A DNA stretch of 64,000 bases from Leucoraja erinacea (Eukaryota), in the NCBI RefSeq assembly GCF_028641065.1, contig NC_073384.1, positions 33,604,001 through 33,668,000 on the forward strand, read 5' to 3'. A program made the translations under genes and the position numbers. Below are positions 25,007-38,725 of this stretch, piece after piece. Below the pieces are notes generated by a model. It was not told the DNA's origin and searched no databases. It worked only from the letters and a program-made list of their open reading frames with translations. Every line of letters begins with the position of its first letter. The stretch's first letter is position 1.

Positions 25007-25871
25007 TCTATACATAACTAAAACTCTGATTTTGTTATCTTCTGGTTTGGAGATCTTTCTAGTTGCGCTTAAATGGTTTGTGATAGCGCCACGATTTTTC
25101 GCCAGTTCTCTCCTATGATGCGAGTCCACCAAGTTTCGTTCTGATCGGTTGAATGTTGTAAAAGTTAGCGAGACTTAAAAATCTTAAAAACCGCGCATGC
25201 GCAGATCGATTTCTTCTCCTGCCTGCCGGTGCCGCGCATTAGTCTCTTTCCCTGTCAATCCTCGGGATGGTCCGCCCCTTCCTGCGCCATCGTGGCGGAG
25301 GTTTCCAACCGGACATTTGGAGGGACCCAAAGCAGCCTAGCCCTGCCCCGCCCCAGCGCCGAGCCCCACTGTCTACCCTCTGGTGAAGGACATTGCGGGT
25401 CCCGCGCTCCTGCGGCTCCTGCCTGGGGGCACGGACACCGGGAGCGGCCCCAACACACCGCAGCGTTACCCAGAGAGAAGGAGTGCCGCAGCCCGGCCCA
25501 CAGCACGGGGGAGAGAGGAGACGGAGGGAGGGGAGAGAGGGATGAGGGAGGGAGGGGGGGAGAGAGGGATGAGGATGGAGAGAGGGATGGAGTGAGGAGA
25601 GGGGTGAGGGAGAGGGACGGAGAGAGGCATGAGGGATAAAGGGGTGAGAGACGAAGAAGAGAGGAAGGGAATGGGGTAGAATGGTGGTGGAATGCCAGGG
25701 GGGTAGAAGGGGTCTGTGGTGATGGGCAAGGTGTGATAGAAGGGGGGAGTAGAGGAAGAGGGGGACAGGGAGGGGTGGATTTGATGGAAGGGGATATGCG
25801 TGACTGGTGGAATATTGCGTTGGGGGTGCAGGTTTGCTTTGGGGGACCCCAATGGGTCCCACTTAGTCTAG
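25007..25871 (+). mobile_element. Non-autonomous Helitron in POLR3F intron 1
   Basis: A|TCTATACATAACTAAAACTCTG ... GGGACCC-CAAT-GGGTCCC hairpin (25843-25860) ... CTAG|T; no TSD. Confidence 0.8.
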
Positions 25872-27000
25872 TCCCAGCTATAGTTGAGTAAAACAGAACT
25901 ATAAAGTTCAGTAAAACTCCGGTAATCCGGCACAATCAGTTACCCCCACTACTGCATGCTAATTATGTCAATGCAGCAACTACTGCTTTTAGTCAGCTTA
26001 TATAGGCATTACAAAGTGGCACGTATTCCCAATGAATCGAGTGAGATCTAGTGGAGTATGGAACACAAGCCCCCTGCGTCAGTTTCTATGGAGTGTGGGA
26101 TCGAGAGTCTAAGGAGACACAGAACCATCATCTGGTGAGGCAGATAACAAACTCAGGATTTGCAAACAATGGGATAGCAGATTGCTAGGGTCTGCGTTTT
26201 GGTTTATAGATTGTATTTTTGAATATTATCTACTTATCTTGTGTTATTGCATTTATGGACCTATTAAGCTGCAGCAAGAATTTAATTGTACTGTTGTTGG
26301 TACATATGACATAGAAACAGAAAATAGGTGCAGGAGTAGGCCATTCGGCTCTTACCCAGCACCGCCATTCGATATGATCATGGCTGATCATCCAAAATCA
26401 GTATTCCGTTCCTGCTATCTCCCAATATCCCTTGATTCGTTTAGCCCTAAGTGCTATATCCAACTCTCTCTTGAAATCATCCAGTGAATTGCCCTCCATT
26501 GCCTATGACAATTAAATCCTCGCGAAGCTTGACTATTTCTCGATGTTTCTTTATCAGAGTTGATCCAACTTTAATCCTATGCTCTGCCCGTGTTCTACGA
26601 TGCATTGTTATCCCTTCTTCCTGCTTTTGTTGTTTGCTGTGAAGCATGTCTCCATTCCATTAAAAAAAGACAAACGTGTTGGAGTAACTCAGAGGGTCAG
26701 GCAGCATCTCCGGAGAACATGAATAGGTGATGTTTCAACATCCTGAACCGAAACATCACCTATCCAAATTTTCCAGAAGCTGCTGTCTGATCCGCTTACT
26801 TACACCAGCACTTTATGTCTTTTTTCTGGTAACCCAGCACTTTCAGTTCCGTGTGCCTCTATCGGGTGAGGCTGTGGCGGTTCAGTGGAACCTGGTCTTG
26901 CTGAGCATTCCGGAGCGCAGCTGATGCCTACGTGATGCCCTGGATGAGACTGTAGGCTGGTCCCTTCTATCCGATTGATTCTGTTCTCTTCTCCCCCCAG

Positions 27001-27118
27001 GATCCTGGAATTATGCCAGCAGTTCCCGCAGGGAATCACAGACCAGGTCATTCAGAACGACATGCCACAGGTGGAGCCGCAGAAGAGAGCGTTGGTCATC
27101 AACAGGCTGCTCTCCACA
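27001..27118 (+). CDS. POLR3F: POLR3F exon 2
   Basis: ILELCQQFPQGITDQVIQNDMPQVEPQKRALVINRLLST; AG/GT; 118 nt. Confidence 0.97.
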
Positions 27119-28981
27119 GTAGGTCGCATTAGGATGCATTTGTGTAGTGCCCTCGGCCTCTTAAAGGCACCTTCTCAGTGTTTTTGAACTCTACAGTTAC
27201 AATGGCTAATATGTCAGAGTCGTACAGCGTGGAAATAGGCCCTATGGTCCAAAGCCCACACCGGCCAACATATTCTATCTACACCTGTCCCACCTGCCTG
27301 CATTTGGCCCATATCCCTCTAAAACTGTACTATCCATGTACCCATCTAAATGGTTCTGAAAATATTGCGAAAGTATCTGCCTCATCTAACGCTTCTGACA
27401 GCTCGTTCACTACACCCACCCATCATCCTTTGTGTGAAAAAGTTACACCTCAGGTTCCTATTAAATCTTTCTCCCATCACCTCAAACCTATGTCCTCTGG
27501 TTCTTGATTCCCCTACTCTGGACAAGAGACTCTGTGCGTTTACCTCATCTATTCTCATAATTTTGTATACGTCTATAAGATTAGCCCTCATCCTCCTACA
27601 CTCCAAGGAATAAAGTCCTAGCCTGCTCAACCTCTCCTTATAGCTCAGGCCCTCGAATCCTGGCAACATCTTCATAAATTTTCTCTGCAGCCTTTACAGT
27701 TTGATAACATCTTTCCTATGGCATGATGTCCAAAACTGTGTAGAGCGAGGCACCATGTGGCAACCAGAGCATCAAGTGTTGGCTCGCCATGAACATGGTC
27801 CAGGCTATCTTGCCTGCACTCCTTCTCTCTCTGTGATGTTGTGATTGTCGATACCTGCCTGCGAGGCCGGGCACGGCTGCATTCACCATCTCTGCTGAAA
27901 GGTGGTGCCTCAGCACGAGCTTTGTATTGCGCTGTTTGAGCCCGGACTGTGAGCCGCAGTCTCTGGTGTGGAGCCTGGACCCATGTCACAAAGTCACACA
28001 GAATGGACACAGGCCCTTCGGCCCAACTCATCCATACCAACCAAGATGCCCCATCAAAGCTAGTCCCATTTGCCTGTGTTTGGCCCATATCCCTCTAAAC
28101 CATTCCTATCCAGGGTACCTGTCCAATTGTCTTTTAAATGTTGTTATATTACTTCTCAACTACCTCCTCTGGTAGCTCCTTCCATATACCCCCCACCCTC
28201 TGTGTGGGAAATGTAGCGCCTCAGCTTTTCACTAAATCTTATCCCTCTCACTTAAACATCTGAAGAAGGGCGCCGACCCAAAACGTCACCTATCCATGCC
28301 CTCTGGAGATTCAGCTGAACCCGCTGAGTTACTCCAGCACTTTGTGTCCTTTTTTGTATATCGGCATCTGCAGTTCCTTGTTTCTAAACATATGTTTTCT
28401 TGTTTTTGATTTGACCTACCCTGGGTAAAAGATTCTGTGCATTCACCCTATCCATTCCCCTCATGGTTTTATAAGATCATTCCTCATCCGCCTGCCCAAG
28501 GAATAAAGTCTTAGCCTGCCCAACCTCTCCCTATAGCTCAGGCCCTCAAGTCCTGGCCACCTGAGGTAAGAATTGTTTTGTCCTGTTGCTCTTTTCTCTA
28601 AGGTTTATCCTTTAACAGATTATCTGTGTATGATTGTGTTTATGGGCATATAAAACTGCAGCAATTGCAGGCAGATGAATTCAGTTTAACTGGGCCCCAT
28701 GTTCTGCACAAACATCGTGGGCCGAATCCTGTGCTGCACTGTTTTATGTTCCAAGTAAGAATCTCCTAGTTCCATTGCATGTACTTATCATAATTACAAG
28801 CTCTTGACTTGCCTCTGGGAACCGCTACGCCTAAGGGGGTTGTTGATGGGGTGACGATTCTCATCCTGAATGGGTGGAATCTGTGATGATGTTGAACGTA
28901 ACAACCGTACTGGCGTAACTTCGAAATTTTGATTACATTTGAAGCAGAAAGGTTGCTGAAAGAATAGTTTTGCCATTTTAG

Positions 28982-29049
28982 GGTCAGCTGGATCTGCTGA
29001 GAGGTACGGCTGGTCTCCTCTACCGCATAAAGGATGTCCAGACGGCAAG
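28982..29049 (+). CDS. POLR3F: POLR3F exon 3
   Basis: GQLDLLRGTAGLLYRIKDVQTAS; AG acceptor, GTGAG donor. Confidence 0.95.
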
Positions 29050-30752
29050 GTGAGCATCTGTCGCCTCTTCCATCTGCTCTCAGGGAAAAGCACCAGCTTT
29101 GCAACACCCAAGTCTAGCTTTCTCTATTGAAGACCATGCACACTTGGAGAAGGAGGCTGTTCACACCCTCTTGCTCTGCTGTTTACGTTTAGGTTACTGA
29201 GATACAGTAGTAAGCTTTTGTTTGCGTCCAATTCAGGATAATCAGATCATATTGCACATGAATACAATCAAGCCAAACACGAGTACACCGGATAAAGCAA
29301 ATATAAAAATACCACAGTGCAGAATATAGTTTCTCAGCATTCTAGTGTAATAGTTACACAGAAAGAAATCCGGTGTACGCAATGGGGTCGATTGGAAGAT
29401 CAGGGCTACACCCTAACTTATGGAAGGACCTTTCAGCTGTCTGATAACGGGAAGAGTTCCTGAGTCTGCTTATGTGCTTTTAAGTTCCTTGGGATAGATA
29501 CCAGGAAGAAATCCATTGTACTGATTCTATGTTTCAAAACACAGAAATGTTTGTCAAAACACAAAGTGCTGGAGTAACTCAGTAGGTTCTGACATGTTCT
29601 CCAGAGATGCTGCCTTACCTGCCAAGTTACACCAGCTCTTTGTGTTCTACAGAAGATTCCAGCATCTGCAGTTCCTTGTTTCTTCCATTTTCCTGCACCA
29701 ATTTGAAATCTCATCAAAGGCATAGTTACTATGAAGGAGTTTGCCACCCGTGTCCACCAGAGATGATGCATGACCCGCTGCATTACTCAAGCAGCGTGTG
29801 TTCTACAAATATTAGGTTATAGTTGTGCAAGACATTGGAGAGGTAGCACTTGGAGTCTGTGTTCAGTTTGGGTCATCCTGCTGCAGGAAACATGCCGTTA
29901 AATGAACTTTCCCCCCTGCCAAGTATCGCGCACAAACCCCCCACACTGCAGCAGAGCCACTGTTGTGCCGCTGCCGGTCGGAACGGCTGTTGAATGTTAT
30001 TGAATGTTATTAGAGGGTTAAATTGTTCATGACATGTATTTTTAATTTTAATTGCTATTTATTTTGTAACGAAAACTGAATGGACACTGGTTGAGAAACG
30101 TTTTTTTGTTTCCTCTGAGTATGCGAATACTCAGGAAATGACAATAAAGATTTACAATTACATTAAGCTGGAAAAAATCCAGAGAAGATTTACGAGGATG
30201 CCAGGAATCAAGGGTCTGAGCTACAGGGAGAGGTTGGGCAGGCTAGGACTTTATTCCTTGGAGTGTAGGGCGCTGAGGGATGATCTTGTAGAGGTGTATA
30301 AAATCATGAGGGGAATTGACAGGACGAATGCTCAGAACCTTATACCCAGAGTGGGGGAATCAAGAACCAGAGGATATAGGTTTAAGGTGAGAGGAAGATT
30401 TAATAGGAAACGGAGGGTGGTGGGTATATGGGACGAGCTGCCAGAGGAGGTAGTTGAGGCATGTTTTAAATGACATTTATAAGACACGGACAGGTACATG
30501 GATAGGAAAGGTTTCGAGGGATATGGAGCAAATGCGGGTAGGTAGGATTAGCTTAGATGGAACATCTTGGTTGCAAGTTGGGTTGAAGGGTCTAAAATGA
30601 TGCTATGAATTCAGCATCCTGAATTTATCCCAAATTCATGGCACGGAGCAGTAACACGGTAATCTAAGGATTACAGACACTTTCTGTTTTACAAGGCTTG
30701 TAAAGTTTGTTCTAAAATATACATTATAATTTGTAATTTTTCTTTTGATCAG

Positions 30753-30820
30753 CAAAATGAAGGGATCTGACAACCAGGAGAAGTTAGTTTATCAAATAAT
30801 TGAAGACGCTGGAAATAAAG
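30753..30820 (+). CDS. POLR3F: POLR3F exon 4
   Basis: KMKGSDNQEKLVYQIIEDAGNKG; AG/GT. Confidence 0.97.
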
Positions 30821-32235
30821 GTACGGTGATATCATCAAATCGATGGACATCAGCAAAAAGGATGTGTTATTTTCTCAGCTGATTCCTTTGTGCTTTGTCC
30901 TCAAATCCTGAAGGAGTATGACCCCCCCCCCCATAACTGTGAGTTCCCTCCGGCTGAGTGCTCCACGTAATGACCGCCCCCTCTCCCCACTGTGCCGGCA
31001 CAGGATCATCAACCTTGCAGCTTTGTAGCAGCACATCATTGTACTTCTAGTCTCCCTGCCCTGCACATAAATCCTAACAGGTTCTCCCCAATTTATGGAC
31101 CTGCCATATCATTCAAACAACTCTTTGGGAGAATGGCGGGATGGATTGGATTTGCCAGTAATTTAGTTTTCCTTTAAAGATGCAGCATGAAAATGGGTCC
31201 TTCGGCCCACTGAGTCTACGCTGACCATCGATCACCTGTTCACACTAGGTCTATGTTATCCTACTTGCTCATCCACTCCCCATTTAACCTAAAAACTCAC
31301 AGGTCTTTGGGATGTGGGAGGAATCCACACCTATCCACATTTTGGGTTACATTAATTTCTCAGGAGCTCTGTCGTAGCCTGGTAATGACCTGGGAGCATT
31401 TGCCAATTTATTCATTGGTGAGAGAGATTGACTCAGGTTGTTAAGACAATCTAGAACAGTCCTACTGTTGCTATGAACACAGCTCCCACTCTGTTCTTGG
31501 CTATGATGGTTGTAAAAAGAATGAGGGGAATGGTTTAAAATATTACCTCTCCCCCTTCAACCTTGCTCTCCTATTTTGAAGTTGTGCACCTACCAATATA
31601 ATTTTTATTGGTTTTATTGGTTGTTATTAGGAGCTGCCAGAGTGTCTCCAGAGTTTGTCATTGTGGTGTTGGATTTCCAGCACCCATATATATATTTTGA
31701 AAATGCTAGAAATACACAGCAGGTCAGGCAGCAGCTGTGGAAAGAGACAGTCAATGTTTCATGCATGTGACCCGCTGTCAGAACTGGGAAGGAGAGTCGT
31801 ACAGCACGGAATTAGGCGCGTCTGCCCAAGATGCCCCATCTACACTAGTCCCACCTTTGGCCAATATCCCTCTAAACCTTTCCTACCTATGTACCTGTTC
31901 AAATGTATTTTAAATGTTGTTATAGTATCTGCCTCAACTACCTCCTTTGGCAGCTTGTTGCCTATACCCATTACCCTTTGAGATAAAAAGTTGTCCCTTG
32001 GATTCCTGTTAAATCTTTCCTCTCCCACCTTAAACCTATCTTCTCTGGTTCTTGATTCCCCTCCCCTAGGTAAAAAGATACTGTGTATTCACCCTATTTA
32101 TTCTGCTCTTGATTTTATATACAGAGATTCAAGTTGGTTTTGAAAGGAAAAATAGGTGGGGACTTGTATAAAATTACTAAGCCAGTGCTTAAAACTTGTA
32201 TCTGGAGTCCAGTGATGATGAATTTTAATTTGCAG

Positions 32236-32348
32236 GTATATGGAGCAGAGATATTCGGTACAAGAGTAACCTCCCTTTGACGGAGATCAACAAAATTTTG
32301 AAGAACATGGAAAGCAAAAAGCTAATTAAAGCTGTGAAGTCTGTGGCT
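32236..32348 (+). CDS. POLR3F: POLR3F exon 5
   Basis: IWSRDIRYKSNLPLTEINKILKNMESKKLIKAVKSVA; AG acceptor, GTGAGT donor. Confidence 0.97.
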
Positions 32349-33172
32349 GTGAGTATGTCAGCATCTTAATTTGTACACAATGCTTTCCAAACAACAGCCA
32401 TGCGGTTTTATAGGTTAATTGGCCTCTGTAAATTCCCGTGAGTGTGTATGGAGTGGATGAGAAAGTGGGATAACATAAAAGTTGTGTGAATGGGTGATCG
32501 ATGGTCAGCGTGCAGGTGGGCCGAAGGGCCTGTTTCCATACTGCGGTGGAGTTACCTCCACAATGGCATGAGGGAGTTCCAGAATTTAACACTGTTGACA
32601 GTGAAGGAATAGGAATTTACAATAATCCCTCATTATAATGAACCATAGGGGGAAGAATTGATATCCGTTAATACCAATTGTTCACTATATTCGAGTCGGG
32701 GATTATCATATATATGTTGTAGAAACAAACAACTGCAGTTGCTGATTAATACCCAAAAGACACAAAATTCTGGAGTTACTCAGCAGGCCAGGCAGCATCC
32801 ATGGAGAGCATGGATAGCTGACGTTTCAGGACAAGTCCCTTCTTCGCGGTCCGCAACAGGGCCTGGATTCGAGGTGAGTTGACGACCCCGGCCTGCTGGC
32901 AGCCGGGGAGAGGCGAGCATCGGCGGAGTCAATGGTTGTGGCCCGCGGGTGGTAATCATTCGGAGAAAGGGTGTGAACCGAGGGTTGCATGGGCAGCCAT
33001 CGATAGGCCCTTTGGCTATATCCAAAATCCATTATAAAAAGGTCCATTAAAACGAAGATTTATGTCTTCATTTATTCAGAGCCCATGGTTTAAATGCTAA
33101 ACAACTGCTTTGCCAGTAGAGCTCGTGCTAAGTGCAAGTTAACCCCGTTTTCTCCCATTTCCCCTCTTCTAG

Positions 33173-33316
33173 GCATCAAAGAAAAAGGTGTACATGTTGT
33201 ATAACCTGCAGCCAGACCGGTCTGTGACTGGTGGAGCCTGGTACAGTGATCAAGACTTTGAGTCGGAGTTTGTGGAAGTGTTGAACCAACAGTGCTTCAA
33301 GTTCTTGCAAAATAAG
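33173..33316 (+). CDS. POLR3F: POLR3F exon 6
   Basis: ASKKKVYMLYNLQPDRSVTGGAWYSDQDFESEFVEVLNQQCFKFLQNK; AG acceptor, GTAAG donor. Confidence 0.97.
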
Positions 33317-36156
33317 GTAAGAAAGAATGGTCACAAAGTGCTGGAGTAACTCAGCAGGTCAAGCAGCATCTCAGCATTTTCCAGAGATGCTGCCTGACCT
33401 GCTGAGTTACCCTAGCACTTTGTAAATTAACCAGCCTCTGCAGTTCCTTGTTTCTACATGAAGAAATTATGGTCTCGTGCTTGTGGTGTAAAGTGTACAC
33501 TTTGCAGGGGCTACCCTCATTTAAGTTAGTTGTATGTTTTGCAGGGGATAGGCAATTTTTGGATTGATTGAGGTAGAGATTGAGGTAGCAAACAGCAAGT
33601 TGAAATACCCCCCTCTCTTCTCTGTGCCCCACCTGGATCCACACCCATTTCTCCCACTATCCCCAACCTTTTCCTAACCCTCTGTCCCCTTCCACCTATA
33701 ACCCTTCATCTGGCTATATATGTCAAGCCCCTTCTCTACTTATCTCACGGCCTTTTGTCTTTTCATCTCTAGCCTTTGTCTAACTATCAGCCAAACAAAC
33801 TCCCCCCTTCACCTATCACTTGCCTGGCTTTGTCCTGCCCCCACCTTTCCAGCTTTCTCCCTCACCTCTCTTCCAGCTTTCTCACCCCCACTACAACAAT
33901 CAGTCTGAAGATAGCTATGAGACCCTTTGCCATCATATTGACGAGTGTTTAGTTGACACATAGTTTAGTCATAGAGTCATACAGCATGGAAATGGGCCCT
34001 TTGACCCAACTTGTCCATGCTGACCATGATGTCCCATCTAAGCTAGTCTCATTTGCCCACATTTGGCACATATCCATCAACCTTTCTTATGCATGTACCT
34101 CCTAAATGTATTTTTAAATGCTGTTATTGTGTCTGCCTCAGCTTGTTTCATATACCACTACCCTCTCACCTTAAACCTATGCCTTTGGTTCTTGATTCCC
34201 TTAACTTGGAAAAAATCTATCATCTTAACTATTCCCATCATGTTTTTATATGATTGATTTTCTTGATTATTCAGGGTGTCAAGGGTTATAGACAATAGGT
34301 GCAGGAGTAGGCCATTCAGTCCTTCAAGCCAGCACTGCCATTCAATGTGATCATGGCTGATCATCCCCAATCAATACCCCATTCCTGCCTTCTCTCCATA
34401 TCCCTTAACTCCGCTATCCCTAAGAGCTCTGTCTAACTCTCTCTTGAAAGCATCCAGAGAACCAGCCCCCACCGCCCTTTGAGGCAGAGAAATTCCACAG
34501 ACTCACAACTCTCTGTGTGGAAAATGTTTTTCTTCATCTCCGTTCTAAATGGCTTACTCCTTATTCTTAAACTATGGCCCTCACTGGTTATGGGGAGAAT
34601 GCAGGAGAATGGGGTTGAGAGGAAAGATAGATCAGCCAAGATTGAATGGCAGAGTAGACTTGATGGGCCGAATGGCTATAATTTATGAATTTATGAACCC
34701 CCTCAGCCTCCTGTGCTTCACATAAAGTCATAGCTTGCCCAAACTATCACTATAGCTCAGGCTGTCAACCTCCTTGTGATTCAATGTCCAATTTAATGTT
34801 AATGTCGTAATGTCCATTGTAAGCCGATGTAAAATGTAATTTGGCTTGAGAGCCATGTATCCCTTTTTTAATTTCTAGTCTCTGAGAGGGGTAAACTTTG
34901 AGCCTGTGGTGTTCCGCAGGGGTCGGTGCTGGGGCCGCTACCCTTCACGTTGTATATAAATGATTTGGATGAGGGAATTGAAGGATTTGTGGCCAAGTTT
35001 GCAGATGATACGAAGATAGGTGGAGGGGCAGGTAGTGAAGAGAAAGCAGGGACTCTGCAGAATGACTTGGACACGTTTGGTGAGTGGCGAGAGAAGTGGC
35101 AGACGGAATACAGCGTGGCAAAGTGTGGAGTCATGCATTTTGGTAGTAGGAACAAGGGTGTAGACTATTTTCTAAATAGGGAGAGACTTCAGAAATCAGA
35201 GGTGCAGAGGGACTTGGGAGTGCTGGTGCAAGTCAAATTGGTAGTAAAGAAGGCAAAAGAATGCTAGCATTTACTTTAAAAGAGCTAGTACACAAAAACA
35301 GGGATGTAATGTTGAGGTTCTATAAGGTGCTGGTCAGCTGTATTTGGAGTATTGTGATAGAGTGGATGTGGAGCGGATGTTTCCACTATTGGGAGAGTCT
35401 AGGAGTAGAGGTCATAGCCTCAGAATTAAAAGACATTCCTTTGGGAAGGAGATGAGAAGGAATTTCTTTAGTCAAAGGGTAGTGAATCTGTGGAATTATT
35501 TGCGACAGAAGGCTGTGGAGGCAATATCAATGGATATTTTTAAAGCAGAGATAGATAGATTCTTGATTAGTATGGGGGTATGATTAGTCAGGAGCTATGA
35601 GGAGAAGGCAGAAGAATGGGGTTAGGAGGGAGAGATAGATCAGCCATGATTGAATGGTGGAGTAGGCGATGGGCCAAATGGCCTAATTCTTCTTCTATTG
35701 CTTATGACATGACCTCAGATGTTGTCTGTGTGGAGTTTGCACGTTCTCCCTGTGACCGCGTGAGTTTCCTCCGGGTACTCTGGTTTCCTCCCACATTCCA
35801 GACATGGGTGTTTGCAGGTCAATTGGCCCTCCGTAAATTGCCCTCAGTGTACAGGGAGTGGATGCGTAAGTGGGATAACATAGAACTAGTGTGAAAGGGT
35901 GATCAATGATTGGCGTGGACTTGGTGGGCCTGTTTCCATGCTGTATCTTTCAGAAAAGAATCCCCATACTATTGCACATTTCTCCAATCTAGCACCCCTA
36001 TACTGTCCAGTACTTATTGGAAACCTATTTTGACTTGGGTAGTGATAGGACATCTACATTTGCTGAAGTGAATAGTATATTTGAATACATTTTTTTGGAA
36101 TCATATTACCCAAAGTTAATCACCAATATAGAATGTAACTATGTGCTTCCCTACAG

Positions 36157-36264
36157 GCTGATGTGGCACGGGAGAGTAAACAAAGTCCAATGGTTCAAAG
36201 GAACAGTTCGTATGCATCATCTCATGAAGTATGGAAATACATCTGTGAACTGGGGATCAGCAAG
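36157..36264 (+). CDS. POLR3F: POLR3F exon 7
   Basis: ADVARESKQSPMVQRNSSYASSHEVWKYICELGISK; AG/GT. Confidence 0.97.
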
Positions 36265-37889
36265 GTACCACATTGCTCTCATGGCTGCAAGTTTCCTTTG
36301 CCCCATTGAAGATAAGATCAAAACACAGTGGCACAGCTAGTAGAGCTGCTGCCACACCGTGCCAGACATGGTTCGATCCTGACCATGGGTGCTGCCTGCG
36401 CGGAGTTTGCACTTTCTCCCTGAGACCACTTGGGTTTCCTCCGGGTGCTCCAGTTTTCTCCCACATCCCAAAGACGTGCGGGTTAGTAGGTTAATTGGCC
36501 CTCTGTAAATTGCCCCCAGTGTGTAGGGAGTGGATGAGAAAGTGGGATTTACTGGAAGTTGCATTGCACGCCCCATCCTATTTCATATCAGTTTCTCCCC
36601 TTCCAGCCTTGGTTACTCTCTTTACCCGACTCATCAGTGAATCTACCCTATCTCACCTGGATCCACCTGTCACTTGCTGGCTCCTGACCCGCTCCTCCCC
36701 TCACCTCTTTCTACCATCAGGCTGAAGGAAGGTCCTAACCCAAAATATTACCTGGCCTCTTCCCTCCACAGATGCTGCCTGACCCGCTGAGTTTTTCTAG
36801 CAATTTGTAATTTGTATTCATAATGCACCACAATAGAGGCTTGATGTCAATTTTTTTCTTCCCCTCTTCTCTCTTTCATCTCAACCCCTGGCTAATCTCA
36901 TCAAACATTTCCCCTACAAAAAGTAAGATTTCACCACTTGAGTACTTTTGACAAGTTGTCATGTGTGAAATGATCCCATAAACAGTACTGAGTAAAGGAC
37001 CAGATAATCTGCTTACTTGGCTATGGCTGAGTGGTATTGGACAGCGCGATTCCCCCTGCCCTTCCTTGAATTGGTGTTTGAGGGTTTATGGGGTTTCCAT
37101 TTGATGTCCTCCAAAAGATCCCAATGATGTTCCCTCAGTACTGAAAGGGTTGTCAGCCACGATTATACATCAGGTCACCTTCAAAGTGGCCTCTGGCAAC
37201 GTCATCTACCCAAGAGATCTAAAGTGTCGACCCTGTCTTAAAGACATGATTTGCTTAAAGTAAAAGGTCCTAAGGCTAGTTACCTCAATCCTTTCGTTTC
37301 ACACCTTCTACTTTTTCATCCCTGGCCTTTATCAAATTATCTGCCTATCAAAACACCTGTACCCACCTATTAATTGCTATGCTTTGTCCTGTCACTTCTG
37401 AAGAAGGGTCCCAACCAGAAATGGCACCCATCCTATTTCTCCAGAGATGCTGCCAGACCCGTTGAGTCGCTCCAGCACTTTGTGTCTATCTTGGTATAAA
37501 CCAGCATCTGCAGTTTTGTTTCCACATTTTGTCCTGCCCCACCTTTTCTAGATTTCTTTCCCCCCCAACCCCTCTCCAACACACACGCACCACAATCAGT
37601 CCGAGGAAGGAACCCGACCCGAACCGTCACCTACCCACGTTCTCCAGAGATGCTGCCTGTCCTGCTGAGTTAATTCAGGACTTTGTGCCTGTTTTTTTCT
37701 GTAAACCAACATTTGTAGTTGCTTGTAGAAACTAAGAAGTGCAGATGCTGGTTAACACACAAAGGTTTCTTGTGTCTACTGAAATGCGGCTGGGTTGGAT
37801 GTAAGATCAGTTGTTGCTCCACCGTGTATTGTGGCATTTTTGTTAAGTTTCTTCCTGTTTTATAATGACACTGACTTTTGCATTCTCAG

Positions 37890-38081
37890 GTGGAACTGTC
37901 AATGGAAGATATAGAAACTATTCTGAATACGTTAATATATGACGGGAAGGTAGAGATTACTATTATAGCCGCAAAGGAAGGCACTATTGGTAGTGTGGAA
38001 GGGCAAATGAAGCTGTATAGAGCAGTCAATCCCATCATCCAGCCCACAGGCCTGATGAGGACACCGTGTGGGATGTGCCCG
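37890..38081 (+). CDS. POLR3F: POLR3F exon 8
   Basis: VELSMEDIETILNTLIYDGKVE...RTPCGMCP; AG acceptor, GTAAGT donor. Confidence 0.97.
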
Positions 38082-38725
38082 GTAAGTGTGGCTTCTCGGG
38101 GATTAGTAAAGTCTTGCCTTTTTCACTGTTTTCAAAAGTATCCAGCTAACTCCGAGAGAGAGAAAGCAAGCAAGTAATGATCGGAGTTAATGTCAACAGT
38201 TATTTACCATTATTGATAACGACATGCAGAGAGTTATAGATGGAGCTCATTCCATCACACAGACCAAGAATGTCCCATGGTTGTGAAAGGCACAAATAAT
38301 CTTTTGTCCCATTGATCCATTGCTGGCTTTTTGCAAATAATCATTAGCCGTCCTTTTTACCCATAAAGCTGGACATATTTTATAAGCAAAGCTTCTATTG
38401 GCTCAACACTTCAAAATATAATTCTACTTAATCTGTAATTATACCATGTAGAAAGACACAAAGTGCTGGATAACTCTCTCTTTCTCTGGAGAACATGGAT
38501 AGGTGACGTTTCGGGTCGGGACACTTCAAAATCAAAACATAGCCTATCCATGTTCACCAGGGATGTTGCCTGGCCCACTGAGCAACTCCAGCACTGTCAT
38601 TTTTGTAAGTCAGCATCTGCAGTTCCTTGTGTCGATAAAATATCACATGGATCAGGTACCTGTTTAGCAGTTGAGCTCCCTGTCAATAAGGTTCCAACTC
38701 CTCTGCATGCTTCTGCATGTTGATG

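Noticed and set aside
25229-25935. 128-226-aa Pro/Ser-rich ORFs
   Set aside because: Low-complexity interior of a Helitron.
28883-28959. Possible box C/D snoRNA (GTGATGA...CTGA) in POLR3F intron 2
   Set aside because: No terminal stem, and box D is only about 22 nt from the 3' splice site, overlapping the branch region.
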